Positions 9,149-18,599 of a stretch of 64,000 nucleotides of DNA are shown here, piece after piece. Origin of the DNA: a virus (Duplodnaviria > Caudoviricetes); the IMG/VR virus record IMGVR_UViG_3300027971_000001; one strand, 5' to 3'. The notes below the pieces were generated by a model, which saw only the letters and a list, made by a program, of their open reading frames with translations, did no database searches and had not been told where the DNA came from. The first letter of the stretch is position 1. Every line of letters begins with the position of its first letter. Both the position numbers and the translations under genes were made by a program.

Positions 9149-12100
9149 TTATTTTGCTCTTGCGTATTTAAAAGGGGATTCTGCGAAAGCTGCAAATATA
9201 ATTGTACCATTATTACTTGCAGTTGTGTTGCTTCTTAACTTAAATCCATTTGAAACATAGTCCATGATTGGAGGGGAGTAGGGACCTCCCTCTGTATTTG
9301 AATAGTTTGGGTAAATCTCAACATCATAACCATTGTAAATAGACCTTGCCGTGTCCTTAATAATCCAAGGTTCGGCAGAGTCCGTTCTTTTTATCATTAA
9401 AAATCTCGGTCTAAACCCACAATAAACAAACGGACCATCTGTCGAGGCATTTCCTGCGTAGCTTCCGAACTTTGAATAGCCGTCTATTTCAGCGAAGCAG
9501 TAGGCAATCATATTCACACTTGCTACCGATAATCCACCGCCAGTAACACCAAAGACTGATGGTGTGGGAAGGCTAGCTCCCCACACGGTGGAAAATGTTA
9601 CAACTGCATCAGTAGTGTTTAGTCGTAAGAATTTTGATGTAGTATCACAAACTGAAGAATGATAAACACCCCAATTATTGACATTTGTATCCCTGTTTTT
9701 TGCAATTATCATTTTTGGTACAACGCCAAGACCGTGACCAACAGTTTCTTGATTTGTTCCAGATGCGTTGACAAAACTCACAATACTAAACCCAGCCTGC
9801 GGATTTGCCCTGACGGTGCTGGTGATAGAGCCATTAGTGTTAGTGGAGCTAGTTGAACTTGCTTGCCAAGCCCAAGCAACATAAGTTGAACCACTATTGT
9901 TGGCTGTTATACTGGTATTCAGGGTAAATCCATCCTGATTAAAATTAGTCAAAAATGAATCAGGCGAGCCTGCTCTTGTGTTATTAGAACACAACACTTC
10001 TCCCGTTCCCCTTACAGTATCCGACAAAACATGACTTATATTCTGTGATCTGCTTTTGACCCAAACCAGATCAGGAGCAAATGCCAATCCAGAAGGTGAA
10101 ACAAACGTTGACCCTGTTCCATTATATGTTACGGCATCAAATGCAGATTTGGATTTTTTAATTGTCGGAGTTGTTAAGTTTTGAGTGCAGAGTGCCTTGA
10201 AGCCAGTTGGTGCGGTGTAGGCAAATGGGCGTTGGCCGAAGTTTGCAACTGCCTGATCTCCAGAATAAGTGTTGCAAGCAAAGTAGTAGGATAGCCCAGA
10301 AAGTATAGAATATGTTTCTGTTGTTCCAGATGCTGGGTTCCCGCTGTTAGCCCAAGACCCATTCCTACCAAACCACACCTTGTTGTTATCTAGATCAAGA
10401 GCAACCATATAAATATCGTTAACAACTGGGGAGCTGCCTCCAAAGTTTGTTATAGTCGAATAGATATTGTTATTTTCTTTATATGTCCCGCCACCAACAT
10501 AAGCGGAGTACCCATCAGCATATTGACTGATGTATGGATTACCGCTGGTCACAATTGAGGTGTTTGCAGAACTGATAATTCCAATTCTGAATGGGTTTGA
10601 CGCGGCGGTATTTGTAAACTCGCAGTACCACTTTCCAGTAGACATTGCAATTGAGGATACGCCTAAAGCATTCTTACCGTTAGCCCCACCAGTATGGGTT
10701 AACGTAAGGTTCCCATCCGTTATAATACCTCCAATATTTCCAAATAATGGGTTAAGTGTCGCGTAGTTCCCTCTCACCTCACCACCCAATCCTGTATCAT
10801 TTCCATAATCTGTTGGACTATCCAAAAGACTGTCATTGCCTGCTCCTGATGTGACGGAGAGATTGGTAGCTACCCAATTATTATAACCTCCAGTAGGAAG
10901 AGATCTGTCTTCTCCCAGCGCCAAAGTAGGATTTTGAACGGATGTCACCGTATACATATAAGGTCCTGCTGATGATCCTTGTTCAAGTTGTGCACCCCAA
11001 ATGTAACTTCCTTTTACGCCGTCTCCGCTAACAGCATTAAACTGATAGTTTACAGTGAATGTTGTGCCCGCTCCTGTTCCAAGATTCACAGTACATGTGA
11101 CACGATACCATCCATCCCCTACTGAAGTTATTGTTCCGGTTGCTCCATTTATTCCATCAGTTATATTTCCAGTAGCTAAATCAAAACCTATATAAGCATA
11201 AGAGGTATCTTTCTTTTGTATATAAAGTACTCCTGTAGTAAAATCCAAAGCTTTCAAATAAACAGAACTGGTCCATACTTGATTATCTGTTGCACTTCCT
11301 GTCGTGTTAAATTGACCCAGAATCTGCCCGTTATTAATGACCATCTTATCTGCTGTGTTTGTTCCATTTGGAGCAGTGGTTGCATTAGTAACACATGTGC
11401 TTTGATACTTTGTCCAAAATACGTTTGAAAAATCCTCTGAATACGTAAAATAATTTGCTGTAGTAGATTGATTTTGAAAAGGCAAATAAAAACCATTTGT
11501 TCCATATGTTCCAACATATTTTTTGGGCATCCAAGATCCTGTAATTGAATCGGTATAACCAAAGCTGGAAGAATCCAACGCTTGACCATCAATGAAGTTA
11601 ACTTCAGACATATAACCGTCAAAGTAATTACCATTATACGTCCCAAGTCTTCCAATAGCCATTTCAACAGATGCCTGATTAAACCTTCCATCGACGTTCT
11701 GAGGAGTTGGGTAAGTACTAGCTCCGTCGAATGCGGTTAGTCTAACTCCATTAACGTATAGCTTCACTCTCTCGGATGCCGTGGCTTGAGTTGTGTCGTA
11801 TTGGGCAACCACATGATACCAAGCAGAAGTATCTCGGTACAGACTTGACGATAGAACATACCAATCCCACCCACTTGTTGCGTAGTCCCCAAAGAATAAT
11901 GTATCAGAACCAAACCCAAGATATATACCATTAGTCCCAGTAGGGGCTTGAGCATTTCCAAGAAAATAATAAGACGCCGACCCAATTGTTGTTCTCTTCA
12001 CCCAAGCGCTAAATGTCCAAGTCTTGCGATTACCCGCAGCCGAAGGTATTCTGCTTAAATACGCTGAGTCCAAAGGATTAAACCGCAGACTTCTGGATAT

Positions 12101-12169
12101 TTTATAGCTGCTTGAACTACTGCTATAAGGTATTACAGAAGCGGATCCGAATGTGCTTTTGGCTGGCAT
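9149..12169 (-). CDS. Large tail-fibre/receptor-binding protein with LamG- and SPRY-like lectin domains
   Basis: SRSLRFN..YLSR, WTFSAWVKR, AWYHVV (LamG); GKWYCEF, MVALDLDNNKVWFG (SPRY); PDLVWVKSR tail. Confidence 0.75.
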   Translation of the reverse strand: MPAKSTFGSASVIPYSSSSSSYKISRSLRFNPLDSAYLSRIPSAAGNRKTWTFSAWVKRTTIGSASYYFLGNAQAPTGTNGIYLGFGSDTLFFGDYATSGWDWYVLSSSLYRDTSAWYHVVAQYDTTQATASERVKLYVNGVRLTAFDGASTYPTPQNVDGRFNQASVEMAIGRLGTYNGNYFDGYMSEVNFIDGQALDSSSFGYTDSITGSWMPKKYVGTYGTNGFYLPFQNQSTTANYFTYSEDFSNVFWTKYQSTCVTNATTAPNGTNTADKMVINNGQILGQFNTTGSATDNQVWTSSVYLKALDFTTGVLYIQKKDTSYAYIGFDLATGNITDGINGATGTITSVGDGWYRVTCTVNLGTGAGTTFTVNYQFNAVSGDGVKGSYIWGAQLEQGSSAGPYMYTVTSVQNPTLALGEDRSLPTGGYNNWVATNLSVTSGAGNDSLLDSPTDYGNDTGLGGEVRGNYATLNPLFGNIGGIITDGNLTLTHTGGANGKNALGVSSIAMSTGKWYCEFTNTAASNPFRIGIISSANTSIVTSGNPYISQYADGYSAYVGGGTYKENNNIYSTITNFGGSSPVVNDIYMVALDLDNNKVWFGRNGSWANSGNPASGTTETYSILSGLSYYFACNTYSGDQAVANFGQRPFAYTAPTGFKALCTQNLTTPTIKKSKSAFDAVTYNGTGSTFVSPSGLAFAPDLVWVKSRSQNISHVLSDTVRGTGEVLCSNNTRAGSPDSFLTNFNQDGFTLNTSITANNSGSTYVAWAWQASSTSSTNTNGSITSTVRANPQAGFSIVSFVNASGTNQETVGHGLGVVPKMIIAKNRDTNVNNWGVYHSSVCDTTSKFLRLNTTDAVVTFSTVWGASLPTPSVFGVTGGGLSVASVNMIAYCFAEIDGYSKFGSYAGNASTDGPFVYCGFRPRFLMIKRTDSAEPWIIKDTARSIYNGYDVEIYPNYSNTEGGPYSPPIMDYVSNGFKLRSNTTASNNGTIIFAAFAESPFKYARAK

Positions 12170-13677
12170 TAATAATATTCATTCACTGAGGCTAAAACAT
12201 TAAACACGGCATTGCCTCGTTTGATGATTGTATAAGCGTAATTTTGCAAAGCTCTTGTGTTGGAAACCACTGCTTGAGGAGTCAGACCATTCAGATAAAG
12301 TGGAGTAAATGTTGTTCCATCAATTTGAACGGCGCTATTATAATAAACTGTGGTTCCTGTTGAAACGATTGATACACAGGTGAAACTTTGACCTGCACTC
12401 ATGATACTGTTCAAGCTTGTATTATTATCTCCACGGAAATTAACTATCCAGTTACCTGAAGAACTTAAAGTAAGGAAAAGAACAGATTGTGTGAGTATGT
12501 CAAAATTAACTGTACTGTTGGCCCGAGAAGCTGAAAGTGTCACCTTTTCTTTGATTTCCTCCACGTATGTGGTTCCTGCTACAAAAAGCAGAGTATCTGG
12601 ATTTGCTGTACCTATTCCGATTCTTCCATTGTTTGCAATATAAAGTGCATCACCGCTTTCACTGTCGAAGAATCTTGCAACGGGTTCATTTCCTGTTTGT
12701 TGAACTGTCAAAGCAGGACCAGTACCTGCATTGTAAACGCTGAGTGCACTTGTAACTGTAACAATAGTATCCAAAAATGTAAAAGTGCCGAGAGCGGTCA
12801 GATTACCTGATACTGTCAAATCACCATTTATGTTTCCCCCGGAAATTGGAACAAAATTTCCATTTACGAAACCTATGGTTGCATAAGTTGCGCTGTTGCT
12901 GCTGAATTGGGTATATGTATTGTTCCAATTCGCACTGTTAACAGAAACTGATGTATATGTGTTGTTCCAATTCGATGAAAGTGTTGGAATGTCTCCTAAA
13001 TTTACTGCTGTTCCTGTAAGATAATTAGAGCTGTTTCCTACAAGATTGGTGTATGCCAAAGTCCAATAGGATGAAAGTGTTGGAATATTTCCTAAATTTA
13101 CCGCTGTTCCTGTAAGATAATTAGAGCTGTTTCCTACAAGATTGGTGTATGCCAAAGACCAGAAAGCACTATTCACATTTGTTGTGGAATAAACACTATT
13201 CCAATTCGGATTGTTTGCGCTAACAGTTACGCTTCCTACATTTCCACTGATAAGTATATTTTCTCCGGCAATGATTTGGGCAACACTTCCTGAAACGGCG
13301 GCATTCCAAGTTGCGCTATTCACATTTGTTGTTGTATAAACACTGTTCCATGAAGACGAGGCATTTCTGACTGAAGTGTATGTACTGTCCAAGGTGTCTG
13401 ATAATGATGTTACTGTGCTATATACACTATTCCAATTGGATGATGTGTTATAGACTGAAGTGTATGTACTGTTCCAATTTGCACTGTTTGAATATAAAAT
13501 AGTATAAAGGTCATTACCGCTATTGGTTTCAAGAAAAGTGATAAGGTCCGCAACCGTTATCTTCAGTTCTTGCCGATTTCCATCAAAATCTGTGGTATAT
13601 CCTACAATATAATCGGAAGCAGAAAGACTGGTTCCGGTTTTATTTTCAAAATCACTAAAATTTACAATAAGACCCAT
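12169..13677 (-). CDS. Fibre-shaft virion protein with SxNWNSVY repeats
   Basis: Repeated NWNS[VT]Y units, GNINGDLTVSGNL and GRIGIGT trimeric fibre motifs; late box 6 nt upstream. Confidence 0.7.
   Translation of the reverse strand: MGLIVNFSDFENKTGTSLSASDYIVGYTTDFDGNRQELKITVADLITFLETNSGNDLYTILYSNSANWNSTYTSVYNTSSNWNSVYSTVTSLSDTLDSTYTSVRNASSSWNSVYTTTNVNSATWNAAVSGSVAQIIAGENILISGNVGSVTVSANNPNWNSVYSTTNVNSAFWSLAYTNLVGNSSNYLTGTAVNLGNIPTLSSYWTLAYTNLVGNSSNYLTGTAVNLGDIPTLSSNWNNTYTSVSVNSANWNNTYTQFSSNSATYATIGFVNGNFVPISGGNINGDLTVSGNLTALGTFTFLDTIVTVTSALSVYNAGTGPALTVQQTGNEPVARFFDSESGDALYIANNGRIGIGTANPDTLLFVAGTTYVEEIKEKVTLSASRANSTVNFDILTQSVLFLTLSSSGNWIVNFRGDNNTSLNSIMSAGQSFTCVSIVSTGTTVYYNSAVQIDGTTFTPLYLNGLTPQAVVSNTRALQNYAYTIIKRGNAVFNVLASVNEYY
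12974..13161. repeat. Near-identical 96-bp tandem duplication (two copies, 32 aa each)
   Basis: gatgaaagtgttggaat... begins at 12974 and at 13070; copies differ at only a few positions. Confidence 0.95.
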
Positions 13678-13707
13678 TTGTAATATTTACAAAAATGGGA
13701 TGGAATA

Positions 13708-14430
13708 TTAGATACCAAATTTTCTGTATAATTCTTTTTCTTTGTTTTCTGCTGCCAAAGCTTGTTTTTGATCCTTAAGAAGATCCTCCATTTTAAGAAG
13801 ATCTTGTGGATTGAATATGGCTTGATCTTCACCATATGAACCGCCTTCTGGAGTGATATAAAGCTTGGCAATTGCTATTCTTTCTTCAGGTGCTCCATGC
13901 AGATCAATAACTGCCGGAGAATCATTTTTTGGAAAAAATGCAAAACAACCATCTTTCCGATATCTGCTGTAAATTTCTTTGAAAATAACATCAATTTCTT
14001 CCAGATATTTCAAATCTTTTTTGGTATCAGTTTCCCTCAACACAATCTTGTTGGCTGGACTTGTGACCAATAAAAATATAATATCCAGTGAACGCATGCT
14101 TTCTATGACTAATGGAATGGTTTTTTCCAAAAGATAAGGATCACACCCTTTGTTTCCTTTTTCATGACCCCACATGCTGTATACAAGATTGTCCAAAGGA
14201 CAACGATCATGAATCACATTGTCATCCTTTTTATAACTTGAAACCTGTTCAACCAGTTGGTTTAAAACCCGCAATTGTGTTTTGCCATCCGTGTTCTGAC
14301 TGTGTTTGTTCTTTTTAATTTCAGACCTATAAGTTTTTTCAGGGGTTTTATACTCAGGCCACTGTTTTATAAAGTCATTAACAAATGTGGTTTTACCCAA
14401 CCTGCCTGCACCGCTTACAGCTATACGCAT
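13708..14430 (-). CDS. P-loop nucleotide-kinase-like protein (AAA_28/NadR-like)
   Basis: IAVSGAGRLGKTT Walker A; IHDRCPLD. Confidence 0.7.
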   Translation of the reverse strand: MRIAVSGAGRLGKTTFVNDFIKQWPEYKTPEKTYRSEIKKNKHSQNTDGKTQLRVLNQLVEQVSSYKKDDNVIHDRCPLDNLVYSMWGHEKGNKGCDPYLLEKTIPLVIESMRSLDIIFLLVTSPANKIVLRETDTKKDLKYLEEIDVIFKEIYSRYRKDGCFAFFPKNDSPAVIDLHGAPEERIAIAKLYITPEGGSYGEDQAIFNPQDLLKMEDLLKDQKQALAAENKEKELYRKFGI

Positions 14431-14467
14431 AAGATTATCTTACCTTATGCCTTTATTATTCAATAAT

Positions 14468-15214
14468 TTATTTTACTTTTATTGAAGCAATTATTTTGAC
14501 AATAAATTTCAAAAGTTTGCTTCGTGTAATATCTTCTTCAGTGAAATGAAAAGCATGTATTCCGTTTTTGTTGCTTTCATCCGTATCAAAAGCCCGCATA
14601 ATTTTTTCAAAGCCGGATTTTTGAATATCAGATTGAAGGCTGTCTCCTATGATGAATAATTTACAATTTTTTCCAAAACGTGTAAGAATTGTTACCAATT
14701 CACTATGTTCTAGATTTTGTGCTTCGTCCACAATAACCACATTGTTTGTGAATGTGGCTCCTCGAAGAAAATTAACAGGTATGCTTTTTAGATAATTGCT
14801 TTCAAAAAGCATGGTTGTGATTTGTTTGCCCACAAGTTCATCGCATTTTTCTATCAAAGGAATGCTCCAAGGTTTAAATTTATCATCCACTTCACCAGGA
14901 AGACTTCCTAATTTTCTGGTGGCTGATTCCACAATGCTTCGAATATAAACAATTTCGTCTATTTTTTTTTCTTTCAGCATGGAAAGAGCAACAAAAACAG
15001 CAAGATATGTTTTGCTGCTTCCGGCTGGACCGTCACAAAAAAGGATCTGGGAATCCTCTTCCATGGCTTTTTCCACAAAAGCTTTGTGATGATCGTTAAG
15101 ATGAAACTTTTGATCGATTCTAAAATTTAAAAAAATATCAGGTCGAATAATACCATCTTCATCACGGGCAACTTTTGCAGACTTTTTAGCCTGCTTGTTC
15201 TTTTTTCCCATCAA
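14468..15214 (-). CDS. phoH: PhoH-family ATPase (likely start ATG 15211)
   Basis: GPAGSSKTYLA, FLRGATF, IVDEAQN, LTRFG, GDSLQSD. Confidence 0.95.
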   Translation of the reverse strand: MMGKKNKQAKKSAKVARDEDGIIRPDIFLNFRIDQKFHLNDHHKAFVEKAMEEDSQILFCDGPAGSSKTYLAVFVALSMLKEKKIDEIVYIRSIVESATRKLGSLPGEVDDKFKPWSIPLIEKCDELVGKQITTMLFESNYLKSIPVNFLRGATFTNNVVIVDEAQNLEHSELVTILTRFGKNCKLFIIGDSLQSDIQKSGFEKIMRAFDTDESNKNGIHAFHFTEEDITRSKLLKFIVKIIASIKVK

Positions 15215-15223
15215 TATTATTTA

Positions 15224-15409
15224 TCAATTTTTAACCTGTAATTGAAGTAATTCTTTTACTGCATCTTCAAAGCTTACCTGTTTTAAATTGCTTTTAGGGA
15301 TTATTTGTTCAGGAGGATCAAACTGTTGAACAATCTGAGAAAGTTGATTGAGAATTTTATTCTCAAACTGTTTTCCTTTAATATCGGGTATTTTTTCAAC
15401 CCAATCCAT
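15224..15409 (-). CDS. Hypothetical protein
   Basis: Fills the gap and abuts its neighbours in operon orientation. Confidence 0.55.
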   Translation of the reverse strand: MDWVEKIPDIKGKQFENKILNQLSQIVQQFDPPEQIIPKSNLKQVSFEDAVKELLQLQVKN

Positions 15410-15730
15410 TTAATTTTCCCAGCTTGTTCCAGCAAAAGGATTGCCAAAACCACTTGTTATCTTATTTCCTACTTGTGCAGGTCTTGGACCATCTTGATTG
15501 ATCTGTTGTTGAACAGGTTTAGGTTCTTCCTTTTTCTGTTCATTCAAAAGAACTTGATTGCTTGTGGAACTTTTATTGTCATGATTTTCATAAATGATTT
15601 CACCCCCTTCATTACCTGAAACTTTGAAGATTCCCAGTTCTAAACCAAGTGAGAAGAAATCTTTTATCTTTTTAAGTGATATCTTTTTATCTTTTACTTT
15701 GTTATATATTTCATTAATTTTATATATCAT
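15410..15730 (-). CDS. Hypothetical protein
   Basis: ORF abutting the downstream gene. Confidence 0.6.
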   Translation of the reverse strand: MIYKINEIYNKVKDKKISLKKIKDFFSLGLELGIFKVSGNEGGEIIYENHDNKSSTSNQVLLNEQKKEEPKPVQQQINQDGPRPAQVGNKITSGFGNPFAGTSWEN

Positions 15731-15869
15731 ATAGTATATCTTATATCCTTATTATATTAATCAATATATTATCTATATTACTTTATATTAGTATTATTAA
15801 TATTATATATTATATAATGTCCTTGGATTTAACCAAGTTTATTTAATTTTTCGACAAAAAAAGTCAAGT

Positions 15870-16094
15870 TTATTTCTTGAACTGATATGTTTCAGACAGA
15901 AGTTGGTTTACAAGATCATCAAACTTAACTTCTTCTTTCATAGCTTGCTTAGTAGCAGTAGCATACATGACTTCTTTGGCACGTTTTCCATAGCGTTCTT
16001 TCATGCCCTTCAATCCTTTTTTCATACCTTTAACAATTTTTTCGCGTTTTGTTTTTTGAGCAGAAGTCATCTTTTTTTCATTAATTGTACTCAT
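15870..16094 (-). CDS. Small basic late protein, putative internal head protein
   Basis: KREKIVKGMKK..ERYGKRAKEVMYATATKQAM module; TAAATA 5 nt upstream. Confidence 0.7.
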   Translation of the reverse strand: MSTINEKKMTSAQKTKREKIVKGMKKGLKGMKERYGKRAKEVMYATATKQAMKEEVKFDDLVNQLLSETYQFKK

Positions 16095-16098
16095 AGTT

Positions 16099-17322
16099 TT
16101 ATTTAGCTTTTTTTATCATTTTTGTATCGAAATTAACAGGATTTTGATTTGGATTATTTGCTAAAACAGCAGGGATATATGTTTTACCATTTTTTGCTTG
16201 AAATTCAGGTCCCACAATTGTATAGCTTTTACCTTTCCAAACAATTTCTCCTTTTTTAGTTTGTTCAGCATATTCAGCAGAAGATGGTTCATTTTCATCA
16301 TCCATTTTTTTAGGTTCGGCAGAATCTGTAGCTTGCCAAGTTTTTGTAGTAGGATCATATTGCAATTTTGCAGAAAATTGATCTTTTAATTTGTTTTGAT
16401 CGTCATAAACAAAAAAGTTTGCAGAAGGACTACGAAGACCAAATTTAACAAGAATCGAATTGACCTTTTCATAATCTTCAAAAGGAGGATTTACCCGTAC
16501 ATTTTTTAATTGTACAAATGATTCGCCTCCTGATTGCTTATCACCCAGTACAGATCCTGTAATAACGTGATTTGCACCTTTCTTATCATATTCAATACTG
16601 AATTGCTGACCAGTACGAGGACGATCTTTATGAAACATGCTGCTTCTTTGTTTGAAATCAAAATCACCTATGTTTGTTTTTTGAAGTGTTTTTCCAATTC
16701 GACCCATGATATTATATGCACCAGCAACTTTTTGACCAAGGGTTTTGGCATCTTTACCAAATGCCACATCCTTTCCTATGTCTGCTGCTTTGCCAAGAGT
16801 TCTGCGAACAAATCCTCCGCTTTTTGCTCCAGGAATTTTACTTGCAACAGAAGCAAGAGTATCTGTTGCTTTTTGCGCAGCTTTTCCTAAAGGTCCTTGT
16901 TCATTTAATGCGGACTCTGTATTAAAAGAACGATATGCATTTTTAATATCATCATCCGTTCCTCCATTTTGTTTGGCCAACAATTCAACTTCATCAAATG
17001 TGGAAGAATTTTGTATCTGTTGCAAAACTTGTTCAGGTACTTTGTTAAGAATCAAACGAATAAGATTACGTTTAAATTCATTAAGATTATTTGAAAGAAC
17101 ATTCAATCCTTTGGCAAAAACAGCAGTTTGACGAACCTGATTGTTAGGATCCACAACAAGAATATTCAATACACCTTCGTTCTCATTCAAAACATAACCT
17201 TCATAGCTAGTGTTTCCGTCGAAATCTTCAAGGTTACTAATGGCTGGATCAATTTTAAAACGCATGCGGCGAAGCTTCAGCTTCTCTGTAATTGTTTGCA
17301 AAATGCTATTTTCGAATTTCAC
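16099..17322 (-). CDS. Late protein with capsid-targeting-like leader, putative internal head protein
   Basis: Starts MKFENSILQTITE; TAAATA 5 nt before the GTG. Confidence 0.65.
   Translation of the reverse strand: MKFENSILQTITEKLKLRRMRFKIDPAISNLEDFDGNTSYEGYVLNENEGVLNILVVDPNNQVRQTAVFAKGLNVLSNNLNEFKRNLIRLILNKVPEQVLQQIQNSSTFDEVELLAKQNGGTDDDIKNAYRSFNTESALNEQGPLGKAAQKATDTLASVASKIPGAKSGGFVRRTLGKAADIGKDVAFGKDAKTLGQKVAGAYNIMGRIGKTLQKTNIGDFDFKQRSSMFHKDRPRTGQQFSIEYDKKGANHVITGSVLGDKQSGGESFVQLKNVRVNPPFEDYEKVNSILVKFGLRSPSANFFVYDDQNKLKDQFSAKLQYDPTTKTWQATDSAEPKKMDDENEPSSAEYAEQTKKGEIVWKGKSYTIVGPEFQAKNGKTYIPAVLANNPNQNPVNFDTKMIKKAK
16100..16105 (-). promoter_or_regulatory. Representative late promoter box TAAATA (one of at least 25 near start codons)
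   Basis: Matches the core of the T4 late consensus TATAAATA; gp55 is encoded in the window. Confidence 0.75.
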
Positions 17323-17365
17323 AATATTATTTAGTAAATATTTATGTGCTTATGGGATACAAAAT

Positions 17366-18151
17366 TTAAGCAATGTCCCGACCAACAGTATTTCCACCAC
17401 CAACATTAGCCGGAGGTGTAGCAACATAATTCAAACTAGGCTTTTCGCTAAATTGACCTTTCTTTTCATTATAAGCAGGCAATACATATTCTTTGTTCAC
17501 ATCAATAACAATACCTAATTGTGAAATAAATTTTTTACCAATAAGAACAGGTTGATCGTTTTGTGTTCTGTCTCCTATGCTGAAAGGAACCATCTTGTAT
17601 AAGACACCCCCAAAAACGATGTCTAATGCCACTAGGGGACGTTTTTCCTGCTCACCCGCCCCGATATGTATGCTGACCATGTCCAGAAGAGGTCTGGTCA
17701 GTTCTACATCATTTACACTTGTGAATTTTGCGTACTTATAGCCATTCTTTTCAATGATCTCAGCATTTACACCGCAAAGCACATTGTTGCTGTCGTTTCC
17801 GCTATCGATTTTGGCATCTACGTTTCCCAGACCATCAATATAAACCTTTTCAACTAAACCTATGGTTTGATATTGAAATTTTTCAAAAAAGAAACGAAAA
17901 GGTTTGAAGCTTTCCTTATTCAATTGAATTTCTGTTTTTTCCAGCTTGTCACCTTTGTTCCAATTTTTACCACCATTGGTGGCTTTATATTCAACTTTAT
18001 TACCAACAATATTTCCTTTTTTACCTTTTATTTTGGTAACTTTGGTAACCTTTCCCTTGCTCTTGTAATGCTTGCAGCTTGGATTGGTATTTTTGATAGT
18101 ATCACCCTTATGCAGTTCATTAGGAGCCAGCTTGCAAATACCTTTCTTCAT
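17366..18151 (-). CDS. Basic N-terminal module fused to a retropepsin-like aspartic protease (RimK-associated protease family)
   Basis: AKIDSGN catalytic D-S-G; FSIGDRTQNDQPVLIGKKF flap/C-terminal motif. Confidence 0.75.
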   Translation of the reverse strand: MKKGICKLAPNELHKGDTIKNTNPSCKHYKSKGKVTKVTKIKGKKGNIVGNKVEYKATNGGKNWNKGDKLEKTEIQLNKESFKPFRFFFEKFQYQTIGLVEKVYIDGLGNVDAKIDSGNDSNNVLCGVNAEIIEKNGYKYAKFTSVNDVELTRPLLDMVSIHIGAGEQEKRPLVALDIVFGGVLYKMVPFSIGDRTQNDQPVLIGKKFISQLGIVIDVNKEYVLPAYNEKKGQFSEKPSLNYVATPPANVGGGNTVGRDIA

Positions 18152-18163
18152 AAAGATATTTAA

Positions 18164-18412
18164 TTATTTGGTAGGTGCGCCTTTTTTCCAGCTAATGCGT
18201 TTGCCACTCTTTTTAAGCCGCTTACGGCTGCTGCACATGCTTTTGGTAGGACGACAAGCAGGATAACCTTTACGTTTTTCACCCTTTTGACGACCACAAG
18301 GCTTTCCAGTTTTACAATCTATCCATCCTTTGCCTTTGTTGTGACCAAACCAGTCTCGAAGAGATTCTTCCTTTATGATCTCAAGTATTCGATTGTCAAA
18401 CAAAGTGGTCAT
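18164..18412 (-). CDS. Small Cys/Lys-rich putative internal head protein
   Basis: Leader MTTLFDNRILEIIKE then SLRDWFG..PCGRQKG..YPACRP. Confidence 0.65.
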   Translation of the reverse strand: MTTLFDNRILEIIKEESLRDWFGHNKGKGWIDCKTGKPCGRQKGEKRKGYPACRPTKSMCSSRKRLKKSGKRISWKKGAPTK

Positions 18413-18594
18413 TTCTTTTTGGATTTACCCCAGTTTTTTGATCCTACTTTTCTACATTTACTCAAAGCTCCACTGGCATATGCGCTAGGCCAAACTTTAT
18501 AACGACGTTTAACTTTGTGATAACAAGCATCTCGTTTGGCTTTTTTCTTGGTGGCTTCTTCAAGAAGCTGACTTACTAGATCGTTGAAATTCAT
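18409..18594 (-). CDS. Small Cys/Lys-rich putative internal head protein
   Basis: Likely start MNFNDLVSQLLEE; DACYHKVK..WPSAYASGALSKCRK module. Confidence 0.65.
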   Translation of the reverse strand: MNFNDLVSQLLEEATKKKAKRDACYHKVKRRYKVWPSAYASGALSKCRKVGSKNWGKSKKK

Positions 18595-18599
18595 TATGT

